64,000 bases of DNA from Palleronia sp. (GCF_042089775.1 NZ_JBELKF010000003.1:35767-99766), one strand, 5' to 3'. Counted from the stretch's first letter, positions 47,479-57,193 are shown. The notes: generated by a model not told the origin, from the sequence alone. Program-made: numbers and translations.

Positions 47479-48384
47479 TCAATCCAGCGGGACGAGCGTC
47501 CGCTCGAGCTGCGTGCGCAGGTGCTCGTGTTGGCGGGGCAGCTTCAGGGCCTGCCCGAGGGTCTCGGGGCTCTCGTCGCTGGCAAAGCCGGGCTCGTCGG
47601 TCGCTACCTCGAACAGGATGCCGCCGGGGGTGCGGAAGTAGATCGCCCAGAAGTAGTCCCGGTCGATCTGCGGCGTCACGGCGAAGCCCTGCTCGGTCAG
47701 GGCCTTCTGGACCGCAAGCTGCGCCGTGCGGTCATCGACCGAGAACGCGATGTGGTGCACCGACCCGGCGCTTTGCTGCGCCGCGGGCGCGTCGGAACGC
47801 TCGATCAGGTCGATCACGTTGGCGGTGCCGCCGGGCCGCGTGAAGCGGATCACCTCGCCCTCGCGGGCGGTCTCCTCATAGCCCATGAAGCGCAGCAGCT
47901 CTGCCATCGGCGCCGCATCGCGCACCAGGGGTGCGGAGGAATGGAAGCCGCGGATCGCGTGGTCGGCGTCGATCGCTCCCGTGAAGGGCGCGCGGGTGTC
48001 GCCGCTTTCCACCAGCGCGAAGGCGTCACCGTCAGGCGCGGCGATGCGCACGACCGGCGCCCCGAAGGGATCGGTCGCGATCTCGGTGCCCAGGCGGTCG
48101 GCCCAGAAGGGGGCGGCGCCCTCGGGGATGGCAAGGCGCGTCTCGGCGACCTCACCCGCGCCGCGGCGGCCGCGCCCGGCGTTGGGGAAGGGGAAGTAGG
48201 TCATCGCGGTGCCGGGCCGCCCCATCTCGTCCCCGTAATAGAGGTGATAGACGTCCGGGGCATCGAAATTGACCGTCTTCTTCACCCGGCGCAGGCCGAG
48301 CGTATCTGTCCAGAAGCGATCGATGGCCCGCGCGTCCGAGCCGATGGTGGTAACGTGGTGCAACCCGTTGATCTGGTCGAGCAT
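47479..48384 (-). CDS. VOC-superfamily ring-cleaving dioxygenase-like protein
   Basis: Internal ATG of track ORF 47479..48531 (MLDQINGLHHVT). It has two glyoxalase/VOC repeats (GLHHVT..., SVHHIAF...). Confidence 0.8.
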   Translation of the reverse strand: MLDQINGLHHVTTIGSDARAIDRFWTDTLGLRRVKKTVNFDAPDVYHLYYGDEMGRPGTAMTYFPFPNAGRGRRGAGEVAETRLAIPEGAAPFWADRLGTEIATDPFGAPVVRIAAPDGDAFALVESGDTRAPFTGAIDADHAIRGFHSSAPLVRDAAPMAELLRFMGYEETAREGEVIRFTRPGGTANVIDLIERSDAPAAQQSAGSVHHIAFSVDDRTAQLAVQKALTEQGFAVTPQIDRDYFWAIYFRTPGGILFEVATDEPGFASDESPETLGQALKLPRQHEHLRTQLERTLVPLD

Positions 48385-48413
48385 GGCTGAATCCTCCTCG
48401 TGCTGAGCAACAG

Positions 48414-48440
48414 ATAGGGCAGATTGCCTGCGCACCCTAT
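48414..48440. promoter_or_regulatory. inverted repeat ATAGGG-N15-CCCTAT in divergent promoter region
   Basis: Read directly between the VOC dioxygenase gene and the peroxiredoxin gene. The ATAG/CTAT half-sites are reminiscent of LysR/OxyR-type sites, but the spacing does not fit the OxyR tetrad. Confidence 0.3.
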
Positions 48441-48626
48441 TACACAAAATGGCGGAACTTGGTGCACTGGCGCGCAGAAACAGACGGTCCAAGCCTGCCC
48501 CTCGGGACGAACGCCCGTTCGCCCGTCCCACGCGGCACGGCGACGGCGATCCTTTCCCGCCCGCACCCCTTTCTCGACCCCGGCCTGCGCTTTATCTTGG
48601 GGCAAAGGACCGAAAAGGAGGGACCC

Positions 48627-49283
48627 ATGGCCCTGCGCATCAACGACACCGCCCCCGATTTCACGGCGGAGACGACCGAAGGCACCATCAACTTCCACGA
48701 GTGGATCGGCGACGGCTACGCCGTGCTCTTCAGCCACCCCAAGAACTTCACGCCCGTTTGCACGACCGAGCTTGGCGCGATGGCGGGTCTCGTGCCCGAG
48801 TTCGAAAAGCGTGGCGCCAAGATCATCGGCATCTCGGTCGATCCGATCGAGGACCACAACAAGTGGAAGTCCGACATCGCCAGCTATACCGGCCACTCGG
48901 TCAGCTATCCGCTGATCGCCGACCCCGAGATGAAGATCGCCAAGGCCTATGACATGCTTCCCGCCGAGGCCGAGGGCGAGCCGGGCAAGCGCACGCCGGC
49001 CGACAACGCCACCGTCCGCACCGTGTTCATCATCGGGCCGGACAAGAAGGTGAAGCTGTCGATGACCTACCCGATGACCACGGGTCGGAACTTCGACGAG
49101 ATCCTGCGCGCGCTCGACTCGATCCAGCTGACCGCGAAGCACAAGGTCGCCACGCCCGCCAACTGGCAGAAAGGCGGCGACGTGATCATCACCGGCGGCG
49201 TGTCGGATGACGAGGCGCGCGAGACGTTCGGCACGTTCGAGCAGAAGCTGCCCTACATCCGCACGACCAAGCAGCCGGCCTGA
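48627..49283 (+). CDS. 1-Cys/Prx6-type peroxiredoxin
   Basis: Internal ATG of track ORF 48459..49283, preceded by AAGGAGG. It carries FSHPKNFTPVCTTE. Confidence 0.9.
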   Translation: MALRINDTAPDFTAETTEGTINFHEWIGDGYAVLFSHPKNFTPVCTTELGAMAGLVPEFEKRGAKIIGISVDPIEDHNKWKSDIASYTGHSVSYPLIADPEMKIAKAYDMLPAEAEGEPGKRTPADNATVRTVFIIGPDKKVKLSMTYPMTTGRNFDEILRALDSIQLTAKHKVATPANWQKGGDVIITGGVSDDEARETFGTFEQKLPYIRTTKQPA

Positions 49284-49353
49284 CAGCCACCTTCACGCGA
49301 TTTCCTGGCGCCGTCCCCTTACCCGGGGGCGGCGCTTGTCGTATGGGCGGATC

Positions 49354-50250
49354 ATGGCGGACGATACGAACAAGGGGCTGACGCTCGCGCTGATCGGCAC
49401 GCTGGTGATCCTGCCGGACACCGTGCTGATGCGGCTGTCGGGGCTGGGGCCGGCGCAGATGGTGGCGTGGCGCGGACTGTTGCAGGCGGCGATGCTGATC
49501 GGCCTCTGGCTGGTGCTGTCGCGGCGCAAGGGTCCCGAGCTTTCGGGCTCTCTCACCGTGACGGGCCTGCTCGCGATCGCCCTTCAGGCCACCAATGCAG
49601 GACTGTTCGCGACGGGGATCGCGCTGGCGCCGGTCGCGGTCGTACTCTTCGCGGTGGCGACGACGCCGCTCGTGTCGGCGGTGCTGGGTGCGCTGTTCCT
49701 GGGCGACAGGCTGCAGCCGACCACGCTGGCGGCGGCGGTGCTGGTGCTGCTCGGGATCGGAGTCTCGGTCTCGGGCGAATACGGTGGCACCGGGTCCGCG
49801 TGGATCGGTGCGCTTTGTGGCGGGCTGGTGTCGGTCGCGCTCGCCGGCAGCTTCACCATCTATCGGGCGCGTCCCGACCTGTCGGTGATGCTGACGGTGG
49901 GATCTGGCGCGGCGATCTCGGGCGCGGTGGGACTGAGCCTCGCGCCGTCGATGTTCCAGACCGACGGCTACCTGCCTGCCATCTGGGTGACGGGGCTGGT
50001 GATCCTGCCGGTGTCCTTCACCACCTTCGGGATGGCCTCGCGCTACACCGTCGCTGCCAATGTCAGCCTTGTCCTGCTGCTGGAAACGGTGCTCGGTCCC
50101 ATCGCCGTGTGGGCCGTTGTGGGTGAACCCGTCGGCCCGCGCGGGCTGGTCGGGGGGGCGGTCGTGGTGGTGACGCTCGCGGTCTACCTGTGGGACCAGC
50201 GGCGCCGCGCGCTGAGGCGCCGGCCCCAGGTCAGCCCGGTCGCGGGCTAG
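49354..50250 (+). CDS. DMT superfamily (EamA) transporter
   Basis: Internal ATG of track ORF 49207..50250. It has roughly ten hydrophobic segments in a two-repeat EamA-like layout. Confidence 0.8.
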   Translation: MADDTNKGLTLALIGTLVILPDTVLMRLSGLGPAQMVAWRGLLQAAMLIGLWLVLSRRKGPELSGSLTVTGLLAIALQATNAGLFATGIALAPVAVVLFAVATTPLVSAVLGALFLGDRLQPTTLAAAVLVLLGIGVSVSGEYGGTGSAWIGALCGGLVSVALAGSFTIYRARPDLSVMLTVGSGAAISGAVGLSLAPSMFQTDGYLPAIWVTGLVILPVSFTTFGMASRYTVAANVSLVLLLETVLGPIAVWAVVGEPVGPRGLVGGAVVVVTLAVYLWDQRRRALRRRPQVSPVAG

Positions 50251-50342
50251 AGGATCATCAGCCGGATGCCGTAGGCCACGATGCCAAGGGCCGCGACACT
50301 GGCGCACCATATGGCGACGAACCAGGCGATCTTGTGAAGCAT
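50247..50342 (-). CDS. 31-aa membrane peptide downstream of cydB (DUF2474/CydX-like)
   Basis: Hand translation (MLHKIAWFVAIWCASVAALGIVAYGIRLMIL). It has a single TM helix, and its ATG shares one base with the cydB TGA. Confidence 0.55.
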   Translation of the reverse strand: MLHKIAWFVAIWCASVAALGIVAYGIRLMIL

Positions 50343-51361
50343 CAGTGGTATCCGTCCCCGTGCTCGATCTTGCCGCGGAAGACGTAGTAGGCGAACGCGG
50401 TGTAGGCGAGGATGATCGGCACCAGGATCACGGCGCCCACGAACAGGAAAAGCTGCGATTTGTACGGGCTCGCGGCCTCGTAGATCGTCACCGAGGGCGG
50501 GATCACATAGGGCCACATGCAGACGCCGAGCCCGATGAAGCACAGCAGGAACAGCCCCAGCGTCAGCGCGAACGGCAGCCACTGACGGCTTTCCTTGTAG
50601 AGCTCCTTGCCGAGGAAGACGACGAAGGCGACCACGAAGATCGGCACCGGCAGAACCTCGAGCGCCTGGGGAAACGCGAACCACCGCCTGAAATACTGCG
50701 GCTCGAGGAACGGCGTCCAAAGCGACACGACGGCGATGAAGCCCACGGTGATGAACCCCAGAAGCCGCGCGAATTTGCGGGCACGGTCCCGGATCTCGCC
50801 ATTGGTCCGCCAATTCAGCCAGCAGGCGCCCAGCAGGCCATAGCCGAAGATCACGGCGATCCCGCAGACCACCGTGAAGGGGGTCAGCCAGTCCCACCAG
50901 CCGCCGCCGTATTGGCGCCCGTCAACCTCGATTCCCTGCAGCAGCGCGCCCAGGGTGATGCCCTGTGCAAAGGCGGCGACGGTCGATCCGCCGATGAAGG
51001 CATAGTCCCAGAACTTGCGCGAAAAGCGCGAATCGGCGCGCCAGCGGGCCTCGAACGCGACGCCGCGGAAAATCAGCGCCAGCAGCATCGCGATGATCGG
51101 CGGGTAGAGCGCCGGCAGGATGACCGCATAGGCCAGCGGAAAGGCGGCCAGAAGACCCCCGCCGCCAAGGACGAGCCACGTCTCGTTCCCGTCCCAGACC
51201 GGCGCGACCGTGTTCATCATCAGGTCGCGGTCCTCTTTCGACGGAAACACGGGGTAAAGGATTCCGATCCCCAGGTCGAACCCGTCCAGCACCACGTAGG
51301 TATAGACGGCAAACGCCAGAAGGAGAGCCCAGGCAACGGTGAGGTCCAAGCTGATACCCAT
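50342..51361 (-). CDS. cydB: cytochrome bd-type quinol oxidase subunit II
   Basis: Track ORF 50342..51361. It starts LDLTVAWALLLAF...VLDGFDLGIG and matches the CydB family pattern. Confidence 0.9.
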   Translation of the reverse strand: MGISLDLTVAWALLLAFAVYTYVVLDGFDLGIGILYPVFPSKEDRDLMMNTVAPVWDGNETWLVLGGGGLLAAFPLAYAVILPALYPPIIAMLLALIFRGVAFEARWRADSRFSRKFWDYAFIGGSTVAAFAQGITLGALLQGIEVDGRQYGGGWWDWLTPFTVVCGIAVIFGYGLLGACWLNWRTNGEIRDRARKFARLLGFITVGFIAVVSLWTPFLEPQYFRRWFAFPQALEVLPVPIFVVAFVVFLGKELYKESRQWLPFALTLGLFLLCFIGLGVCMWPYVIPPSVTIYEAASPYKSQLFLFVGAVILVPIILAYTAFAYYVFRGKIEHGDGYH

Positions 51362-51372
51362 GCTCTGTTTCC

Positions 51373-52791
51373 TTATTCGGCCGGTGCGTTCTTGGGATTG
51401 GAGGCAGGCGTGATGCCGGCGCTGCGGATCGGACCCTCGGCGCCCTTCTGATCCTCCTCACCGGGCTGGGGCGGCTTGCCCATCAGGACGAGCAGGTAAA
51501 GCACCCCCGCGCCGAAGATCATGAAGTAGGTCACGATGAAGGCGATCAGCGACGTCCCCACGGCCTGCGCGCCGATGGGCGAGACCGAGTCCGGCGTCCG
51601 CAGCATCCCGTAGACCGTGTAAGGCTGGCGGCCGACCTCGGTGGTGATCCAGCCGGCGATGATCGCGACCAGACCGGCAGGCGACATCAGCAGCGCGGCC
51701 CGGTGCAGCCATCTGTCGGAGTACAGCTTGCCGCGCCAGCGGGCCCACAGCGACCACATCCCGATCGTGACCATCAGAAGCCCAAGCCCCACCATCACAC
51801 GGAAAGAGTAGAACACGACGATCACGGGCGGCTCTTCGCTGCGAGGCACCGTATCCAGCCCCTCCAGCGAGGCGTTCCAACCCTTGCCCAGGATCGGGCC
51901 GCCGATGCGCGGGATCTTCAGCTCATAGAGCATCTCTCCCGCTTCCTGGTCGGGAATGCCGAAGAGGATCAGCGGAATGCCGTCCTCGGAGGTCTCGAAA
52001 TGTCCCTCCATCGCGAGGACCTTGGTGGGCTGGTACTCGAACGTGTTGAGGCCGTGCTCGTGCCCGATGAACACCTGTAGCGGGGCCACGATGGCCGCCA
52101 TCCACATCGCCATCGAGAACATCGTGCGGACGCCGGGATTGTCGCGACGCCCCTTCAAGAGGTGCCACGCACCCACCCCCCCGACAAGGAAGGCCGTCGC
52201 CAGATAGGCCGCCGTCAGCGTATGCGCGAGGCGGTACGGGAAGGACGGGTTGAAGATGATCCGAAGCCAGTCGTCAGGCAGGAACTGCCCGTTCTCGCCC
52301 ATCGTGTAGCCGGCGGGCGTGTGCATCCAGCTGTTCACCGACAGGATCCACGTGGCCGAGATCGCGGTGCCCACGGCAACCATGAGGGTGGCGAACATGT
52401 GCAGGCCGGGGCCGACCTTGCCGCGCCCGAACAGCATGATCCCCAGGAACCCGGCCTCGAGGAAGAAGGCGGTCAGCACCTCGTAGGCCATCAGCGGCCC
52501 GATCACCGGACCAGCGAGATCCGAGAACACCGACCAGTTCGTGCCGAACTGGTAGGACATCACGATCCCCGAGACGACGCCCATGGCAAAGCAGATCGCG
52601 AAGATCTTCACCCAGTACTTGAACAGGCGCATATATGCCTCGTCCTTGGTGCGCAGGTACTGGGCGTTCAGGACGGCAAGGTAGCTCGCAAGGCCGATGG
52701 TGATGGCGGGAAAGATGAAGTGGAAGGCGACAGTAAAGCCGAACTGGATTCGGGCCAGCATGAGCGCGTCGAGTCCCAGAAACGTATCCAT
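51373..52791 (-). CDS. cydA: cytochrome bd-type quinol oxidase subunit I (short Q-loop, CioA/QxtA-like)
   Basis: Track ORF 51373..52791. It carries ARIQFGFTVAFHFIFPAITIGL and GWITTEVGRQPY. The 472-aa length fits the short-Q-loop subgroup. Confidence 0.9.
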   Translation of the reverse strand: MDTFLGLDALMLARIQFGFTVAFHFIFPAITIGLASYLAVLNAQYLRTKDEAYMRLFKYWVKIFAICFAMGVVSGIVMSYQFGTNWSVFSDLAGPVIGPLMAYEVLTAFFLEAGFLGIMLFGRGKVGPGLHMFATLMVAVGTAISATWILSVNSWMHTPAGYTMGENGQFLPDDWLRIIFNPSFPYRLAHTLTAAYLATAFLVGGVGAWHLLKGRRDNPGVRTMFSMAMWMAAIVAPLQVFIGHEHGLNTFEYQPTKVLAMEGHFETSEDGIPLILFGIPDQEAGEMLYELKIPRIGGPILGKGWNASLEGLDTVPRSEEPPVIVVFYSFRVMVGLGLLMVTIGMWSLWARWRGKLYSDRWLHRAALLMSPAGLVAIIAGWITTEVGRQPYTVYGMLRTPDSVSPIGAQAVGTSLIAFIVTYFMIFGAGVLYLLVLMGKPPQPGEEDQKGAEGPIRSAGITPASNPKNAPAE

Positions 52792-52939
52792 GGCCTACCC
52801 TCGAATTATTCTGTTCCCAAGATGGGGCCCCTGCCGATCCCGTCCACCGGTGACGGCCAAGCAGGATGTCGCACCCCGCTCGGCTGTCGTGGGGGTAAGC
52901 GCGAAAGAGCAACAGCAGGTTCCCCGAAGGCCGGGATGC

Positions 52940-52967
52940 AAAAAGGGCCTCTCGGTCAGAGAGGCCC
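52940..52967 (-). terminator. rho-independent terminator (minus strand)
   Basis: On the minus strand, GGGCCTCTC-TGACC-GAGAGGCCC is followed by TTTTT, directly downstream of the L,D-transpeptidase gene. Confidence 0.85.
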
Positions 52968-52995
52968 TTGCAGATCGTGCTAAATGCGCGGCCGC

Positions 52996-53562
52996 TCAGG
53001 CCATCTTGGGATAGAGCACCACGCGGGCCTCCATCGGCACCTGCTCGTACAGCATCTTGATATGCTCGTTCGTCAGGCCGGCGCAGCCGTTCGACACGGC
53101 GCGGCCGATGCTGCTGATGTCGGGCGTGCCGTGGATCCGCAGGTAGGTGTCGCCGCGCCCCTCCTGGAACAGGTAGAGCGCACGGGCGCCCAGCGGATTG
53201 TCGGGGCCGCCGGGCATCCCGTCGGAATGCTGGGCGTACTTCTCGGGCTCGCGCTCGATCATGGCGGGAGTGGGCGTCCAGGACGGCCACTCCTTCTTGG
53301 CACCGACGTAATACTGGCCGGGCTCGTACAGGCTGTCGCGGCCGACACGGATGCCATAGCGCCATGCCTTGCCGTCCGGCATCGTCCAGAACAGCTGGAA
53401 ATGGTCGGGGAACACGTGGACTTCGCCCGGCGGCAGCGGGTGGCGCAGCGTCACGAACGCCGGTTGCAGATGCGGCGGAAGTTCCTGTGCGGCGGCCGGC
53501 AAGCCGGTCAGCGCGGCGCCGAAAGTCGCCATGCCGGCCATGATGAAATCGCGACGATCCAT
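52996..53562 (-). CDS. L,D-transpeptidase (YkuD) with Tat-type signal peptide
   Basis: Track ORF 52996..53562. It starts MDRRDFIMAGMATFGAA and has the catalytic context LRIHGTPDISSIGRAVSNGCAGL. Confidence 0.85.
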   Translation of the reverse strand: MDRRDFIMAGMATFGAALTGLPAAAQELPPHLQPAFVTLRHPLPPGEVHVFPDHFQLFWTMPDGKAWRYGIRVGRDSLYEPGQYYVGAKKEWPSWTPTPAMIEREPEKYAQHSDGMPGGPDNPLGARALYLFQEGRGDTYLRIHGTPDISSIGRAVSNGCAGLTNEHIKMLYEQVPMEARVVLYPKMA

Positions 53563-53685
53563 ACTCGTGTCCCCTTCGTGTTCTTCTATCGGTCAGGATA
53601 CCCAACCTATGATACAAGATCGGGTTTCCGCAGAGCTTTTACGATAACGTGAAGCCCCCTCGCCAGCGTCGGTTCCCGGGGGCAA

Positions 53686-53714
53686 ACGAAAAGCCCCGGC
53701 GCAAGGCCGGGGCT
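53686..53714 (-). terminator. rho-independent terminator downstream of pnp
   Basis: On the minus strand, AGCCCCGGC-CTTGC-GCCGGGGCT is followed by TTTCGTTTG. Confidence 0.75.
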
Positions 53715-53736
53715 TTCCTGTGGGCAGGGCCGGGAT

Positions 53737-55872
53737 TCAGCCTTCGGCGGGCTGTTCCTCGGTGACTTCTTCGCCGGTCTCCTGGTCGACCATCTTCATC
53801 GCAAGGCGGACCTTGCCGCGGTCGTCGAAGCCCAGCAGCTTGACCCAGACCTCCTGGCCTTCCTTCAGAACGTCCGAAGGATGGTTCAGGCGGCGGTTCT
53901 CGATCTGGCTGACATGCACCAGGCCGTCGCGCTTGCCGAAGAAGTTCACGAAGGCGCCGAAGTCCACGATCTTGACGACCGTGCCCTTGTAGACCTTGCC
54001 TTCCTCGGGTTCCGCCACGATCGAATAGATCATGTCGTAGGCCTTCTGGATGGCCTCGCCGTTGGCCGACGCAATCTTGATGATGCCGTCATCGTTGATG
54101 TCGACCTTGGCGCCCGAGACTTCGACGATCTCGCGGATGACCTTGCCGCCCGATCCGATGACTTCACGGATCTTGTCGGTCGGGATCTGCATCGTCTCGA
54201 TGCGCGGGGCGTGGGCCGAGAATGCGCCGGCCTCGCTGATCGCCTTCGACATCTCGTTCAGGATGTGCAGGCGGCCGGCTTTCGCCTGGGCCAGCGCCTT
54301 CTCCATGATCTCGGGCGTGATGCCCGCGACCTTGATGTCCATCTGCAGCGACGTGATGCCGTTCTCGGTGCCTGCGACCTTGAAGTCCATGTCGCCGAGG
54401 TGATCCTCGTCGCCCAGGATGTCGGTCAGGATGGCGTAGTCGCCGTCCTCTTCCAGGATCAGGCCCATGGCCACACCGGCCACCGGCGCCTTCAGCGGAA
54501 CGCCCGCATCCATCATCGACAGCGAGCCACCGCAGACCGATGCCATCGAGGACGAGCCGTTCGACTCGGTGATCTCGGACACCAGGCGGATCGTGTAGGG
54601 GAAGTCCGTCGCCGGCGGCAGGACCGCCTGCAGCGCACGCCACGCCAGCTTGCCGTGGCCGATCTCGCGACGGCCGGGCGACCCCACGCGACCCACTTCA
54701 CCGACCGAATACGGCGGGAAGTTGTAATGCAGCAGGAAGTTCGACCGGTACGTGCCTTGCAGCGCGTCGATCATCTGCTCGTCGTCGCCGGTGCCCAGCG
54801 TGGTCACGACCAGCGCCTGCGTCTCGCCACGGGTGAACAGGGCCGAGCCGTGGGTCCGGGGCAGGATGCCAGTCTCGGACACGATCGAGCGGACCTCGTC
54901 GGTCGCACGACCGTCGATCCGCTTGCCGCCCTTGACCACGTCGCCGCGCAGGATCGACGATTCCAGCTTCTTGAAGGCCGAGCCGAGGTTCGAATCCTCG
55001 AGCTGCTCTTCGCTCAGCTGGCTGCGCACGTGCTCGCGGGCATCCGCGATGGCGGTCGTGCGCTGCTGCTTGTCGGTGATCGCGAAGGCGGCGCGCATCT
55101 TGTCCTCGCCCGCGGCCTTCACGGCGTCGTACAGCGCCGAATAATCGGGCGGCTGAAAGTCGAACGGCTCTTTCGCGGCGGCTTCGGCCAGGTCGATGAT
55201 CAGCTCGATCACCGGCTTGATCTGCTCGTGTGCGAAGTTCACCGCGCCCAGCATCTCTTCCTCGGTCAGCTCGTAGGCTTCCGATTCGACCATCATCACG
55301 GCGTCATGGGTGCCCGCGACGATCAGGTCGAGACGCTGCTCGGGGTTGTCGCGCAGCTTGTGCATGTCGTCGATTTCGGGGTTCAGCACGTATTCGCCGC
55401 CCTCGTAACCCACGCGGCAGCCGGCGATCGGGCCCATGAACGGGGCGCCCGACAGCGTCAGCGCGGCCGAGGCGGCGATCATCGCGACGACGTCAGGGTC
55501 GTTGACGAGGTCATGGCTCAGCACGGTGCACATCACGAGCACTTCGTTCTTGAAGCCGGGGACGAAGAGCGGGCGGATCGGACGGTCGATCAGGCGGGCG
55601 GTCAGCGTCTCCTTCTCGGTCGGCCGGGCCTCGCGCTTGAAGAAGCCGCCGGGGATCTTGCCCGCGGCGTAGTATTTTTCCTGGTAATGCACGGTCAGCG
55701 GGAAGAAGTCCTGGCCGGGCTTCTGCTGGCGGGCATAGGTGACGTTGGCCATCACCGAGGTCTCGCCAAGGGTCGCGATCACGGTGCCATCGGCCTGCCG
55801 CGCAACCTTCCCGGTCTCGAGCGTGAGGGTCTCTTCGCCCCACTGCATCGATTTCTTCGTTTCGTTGAACAT
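53737..55872 (-). CDS. pnp: polyribonucleotide nucleotidyltransferase
   Basis: Track ORF 53737..55872. It has two RNase PH domains plus KH and S1 domains ([18 protein letters not shown]), 711 aa in total. Confidence 0.97.
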   Translation of the reverse strand: MFNETKKSMQWGEETLTLETGKVARQADGTVIATLGETSVMANVTYARQQKPGQDFFPLTVHYQEKYYAAGKIPGGFFKREARPTEKETLTARLIDRPIRPLFVPGFKNEVLVMCTVLSHDLVNDPDVVAMIAASAALTLSGAPFMGPIAGCRVGYEGGEYVLNPEIDDMHKLRDNPEQRLDLIVAGTHDAVMMVESEAYELTEEEMLGAVNFAHEQIKPVIELIIDLAEAAAKEPFDFQPPDYSALYDAVKAAGEDKMRAAFAITDKQQRTTAIADAREHVRSQLSEEQLEDSNLGSAFKKLESSILRGDVVKGGKRIDGRATDEVRSIVSETGILPRTHGSALFTRGETQALVVTTLGTGDDEQMIDALQGTYRSNFLLHYNFPPYSVGEVGRVGSPGRREIGHGKLAWRALQAVLPPATDFPYTIRLVSEITESNGSSSMASVCGGSLSMMDAGVPLKAPVAGVAMGLILEEDGDYAILTDILGDEDHLGDMDFKVAGTENGITSLQMDIKVAGITPEIMEKALAQAKAGRLHILNEMSKAISEAGAFSAHAPRIETMQIPTDKIREVIGSGGKVIREIVEVSGAKVDINDDGIIKIASANGEAIQKAYDMIYSIVAEPEEGKVYKGTVVKIVDFGAFVNFFGKRDGLVHVSQIENRRLNHPSDVLKEGQEVWVKLLGFDDRGKVRLAMKMVDQETGEEVTEEQPAEG

Positions 55873-56165
55873 CTGTCGTATCCTGTCTGGGCCGCGCAGA
55901 GCCCTCTCTGCCGGTCCGTTTGCATGGCGGCCGTATTGCCGCCGACCCCTCCATCATCTCATGCGCCGGGGTCAGGGCGTCACGTCTCAGATGGGGCGCC
56001 CATACACGAAAACAGGCCCCCTTGCTAGGCGAAGCGGATTTCCGCCGGATTTGCGCCGGGGCAACACCTCCGGGCGCACATGCGCGGGTGCGCACATGAT
56101 CCCTCGTCGGGGCAGGGATGGCGCCGTAAGAGGTCGGAAAAACAAGAAATAGACAAGAGGCATCC

Positions 56166-56795
56166 ATGAGGATCGCAGCAGTGCTGGGGGCGACGGCCCT
56201 CCTATCGCTTCACGCCGGAGCAAGCGTCGCGCAGGCCTATATGGGCGGCGGCGAGATGAGCGGCCCCTATGCCGGCATTCAGTACGGCCGCTTCGGCTAC
56301 GACGCCGAGGGCGACGTGGGCGGCGGCGACACCACCGACACGATCGAGCAGGGCTATATCGGCGCCCATGCCGGCTATCTCGCGCCCGTCTATCCCTTCG
56401 TCATCGGCGGAGAGGTCTCTCTCGACATCTTCCATGTCGGCGACGTCGAGTACCGCGAAAGCGTCGGAAATCGCGGCGGCGACAGTGGCACGATCGAGGT
56501 CGACGACTGGGCCAACCTGGTGCGCTTCAAGGCGATCGGCGGCTACGACGCCGGACGCGCCATGCCCTACGTCACCGCCGGCCTGTCCCGCCTGACCATC
56601 GGGGACGAGGCCACGGGCGGCTACTTCATCGGCATCGGCGGCGCCGTGAACGTGACCCCGCAGTTCTCGCTGGGCCTCGAAGGCATCTACGACGTCTTCG
56701 ACGAGCCGACCCTGTGCAGCGACGACGGGTGCCTCGACTACGGCGACGGCGCCAGCGGGACGACGCTCATGCTCAAGGGCTCGTACCGCTTCTGA
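56166..56795 (+). CDS. small outer-membrane beta-barrel protein (OmpA-barrel/OmpW-like class)
   Basis: Track ORF 56166..56795. It has a signal peptide (HAGASVAQA), alternating aromatic/Gly beta-strand pattern, and the C-terminus LKGSYRF. Confidence 0.7.
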   Translation: MRIAAVLGATALLSLHAGASVAQAYMGGGEMSGPYAGIQYGRFGYDAEGDVGGGDTTDTIEQGYIGAHAGYLAPVYPFVIGGEVSLDIFHVGDVEYRESVGNRGGDSGTIEVDDWANLVRFKAIGGYDAGRAMPYVTAGLSRLTIGDEATGGYFIGIGGAVNVTPQFSLGLEGIYDVFDEPTLCSDDGCLDYGDGASGTTLMLKGSYRF

Positions 56796-56872
56796 GAGGC
56801 ATCGCGGCGCGCCCGTGCCTCATACGAGAGTCTCACGGTTCTCTCACGCGACTCCTACAGGATCTCTCACAC

Positions 56873-56899
56873 AAAAAAGCCGCCCCGAGGGGCGGCTTT
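56873..56899. terminator. bidirectional hairpin terminator
   Basis: AAAAAA-GCCGCCCC-GA-GGGGCGGC-TTT lies between the convergent OMP gene and rpsO. Confidence 0.75.
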
Positions 56900-56923
56900 G
56901 GCGTAACCGTAAGGCGGTGCGGC

Positions 56924-57193
56924 TCAGCGGCGGATGCCGAGGCGCTCGATGAGGTCGCGGTAACGCTGCTCGTTCTTCGCCTTGGTGTAGTCCAAAAGCT
57001 TCCGGCGCTGCGCGACGAGCTTCAGCAGGCCACGGCGCGAGTGGTTGTCCTTGTGGTGCGTCTTGAAGTGCTCGGTCAGCGCCGCGATGCGGTGCGTCAG
57101 GATCGCGACCTGCACCTCGGGGGAACCGGTGTCACCGGACTTCGTGGCGAAGTCGTTGATGACCTTTTGCTTGTCTTCGGGCGTAATCGACAT
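56924..57193 (-). CDS. rpsO: 30S ribosomal protein S15
   Basis: Track ORF 56924..57193. It carries [14 protein letters not shown] and [23 protein letters not shown]. Confidence 0.97.
   Translation of the reverse strand: MSITPEDKQKVINDFATKSGDTGSPEVQVAILTHRIAALTEHFKTHHKDNHSRRGLLKLVAQRRKLLDYTKAKNEQRYRDLIERLGIRR

Noticed and set aside
52792-52939. FNR/FnrL box or other obvious oxygen-control site upstream of cydA.
   Set aside because: No TTGAT-N4-ATCAA-like sequence was found by eye on either strand.
56831-56870. Three copies of TCTCAC (56831, 56842, 56865) in the 3' region of the OMP gene.
   Set aside because: The hexamers are short and low in complexity, the spacing is irregular, and there is no palindromic or known-site context. 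This is likely chance.
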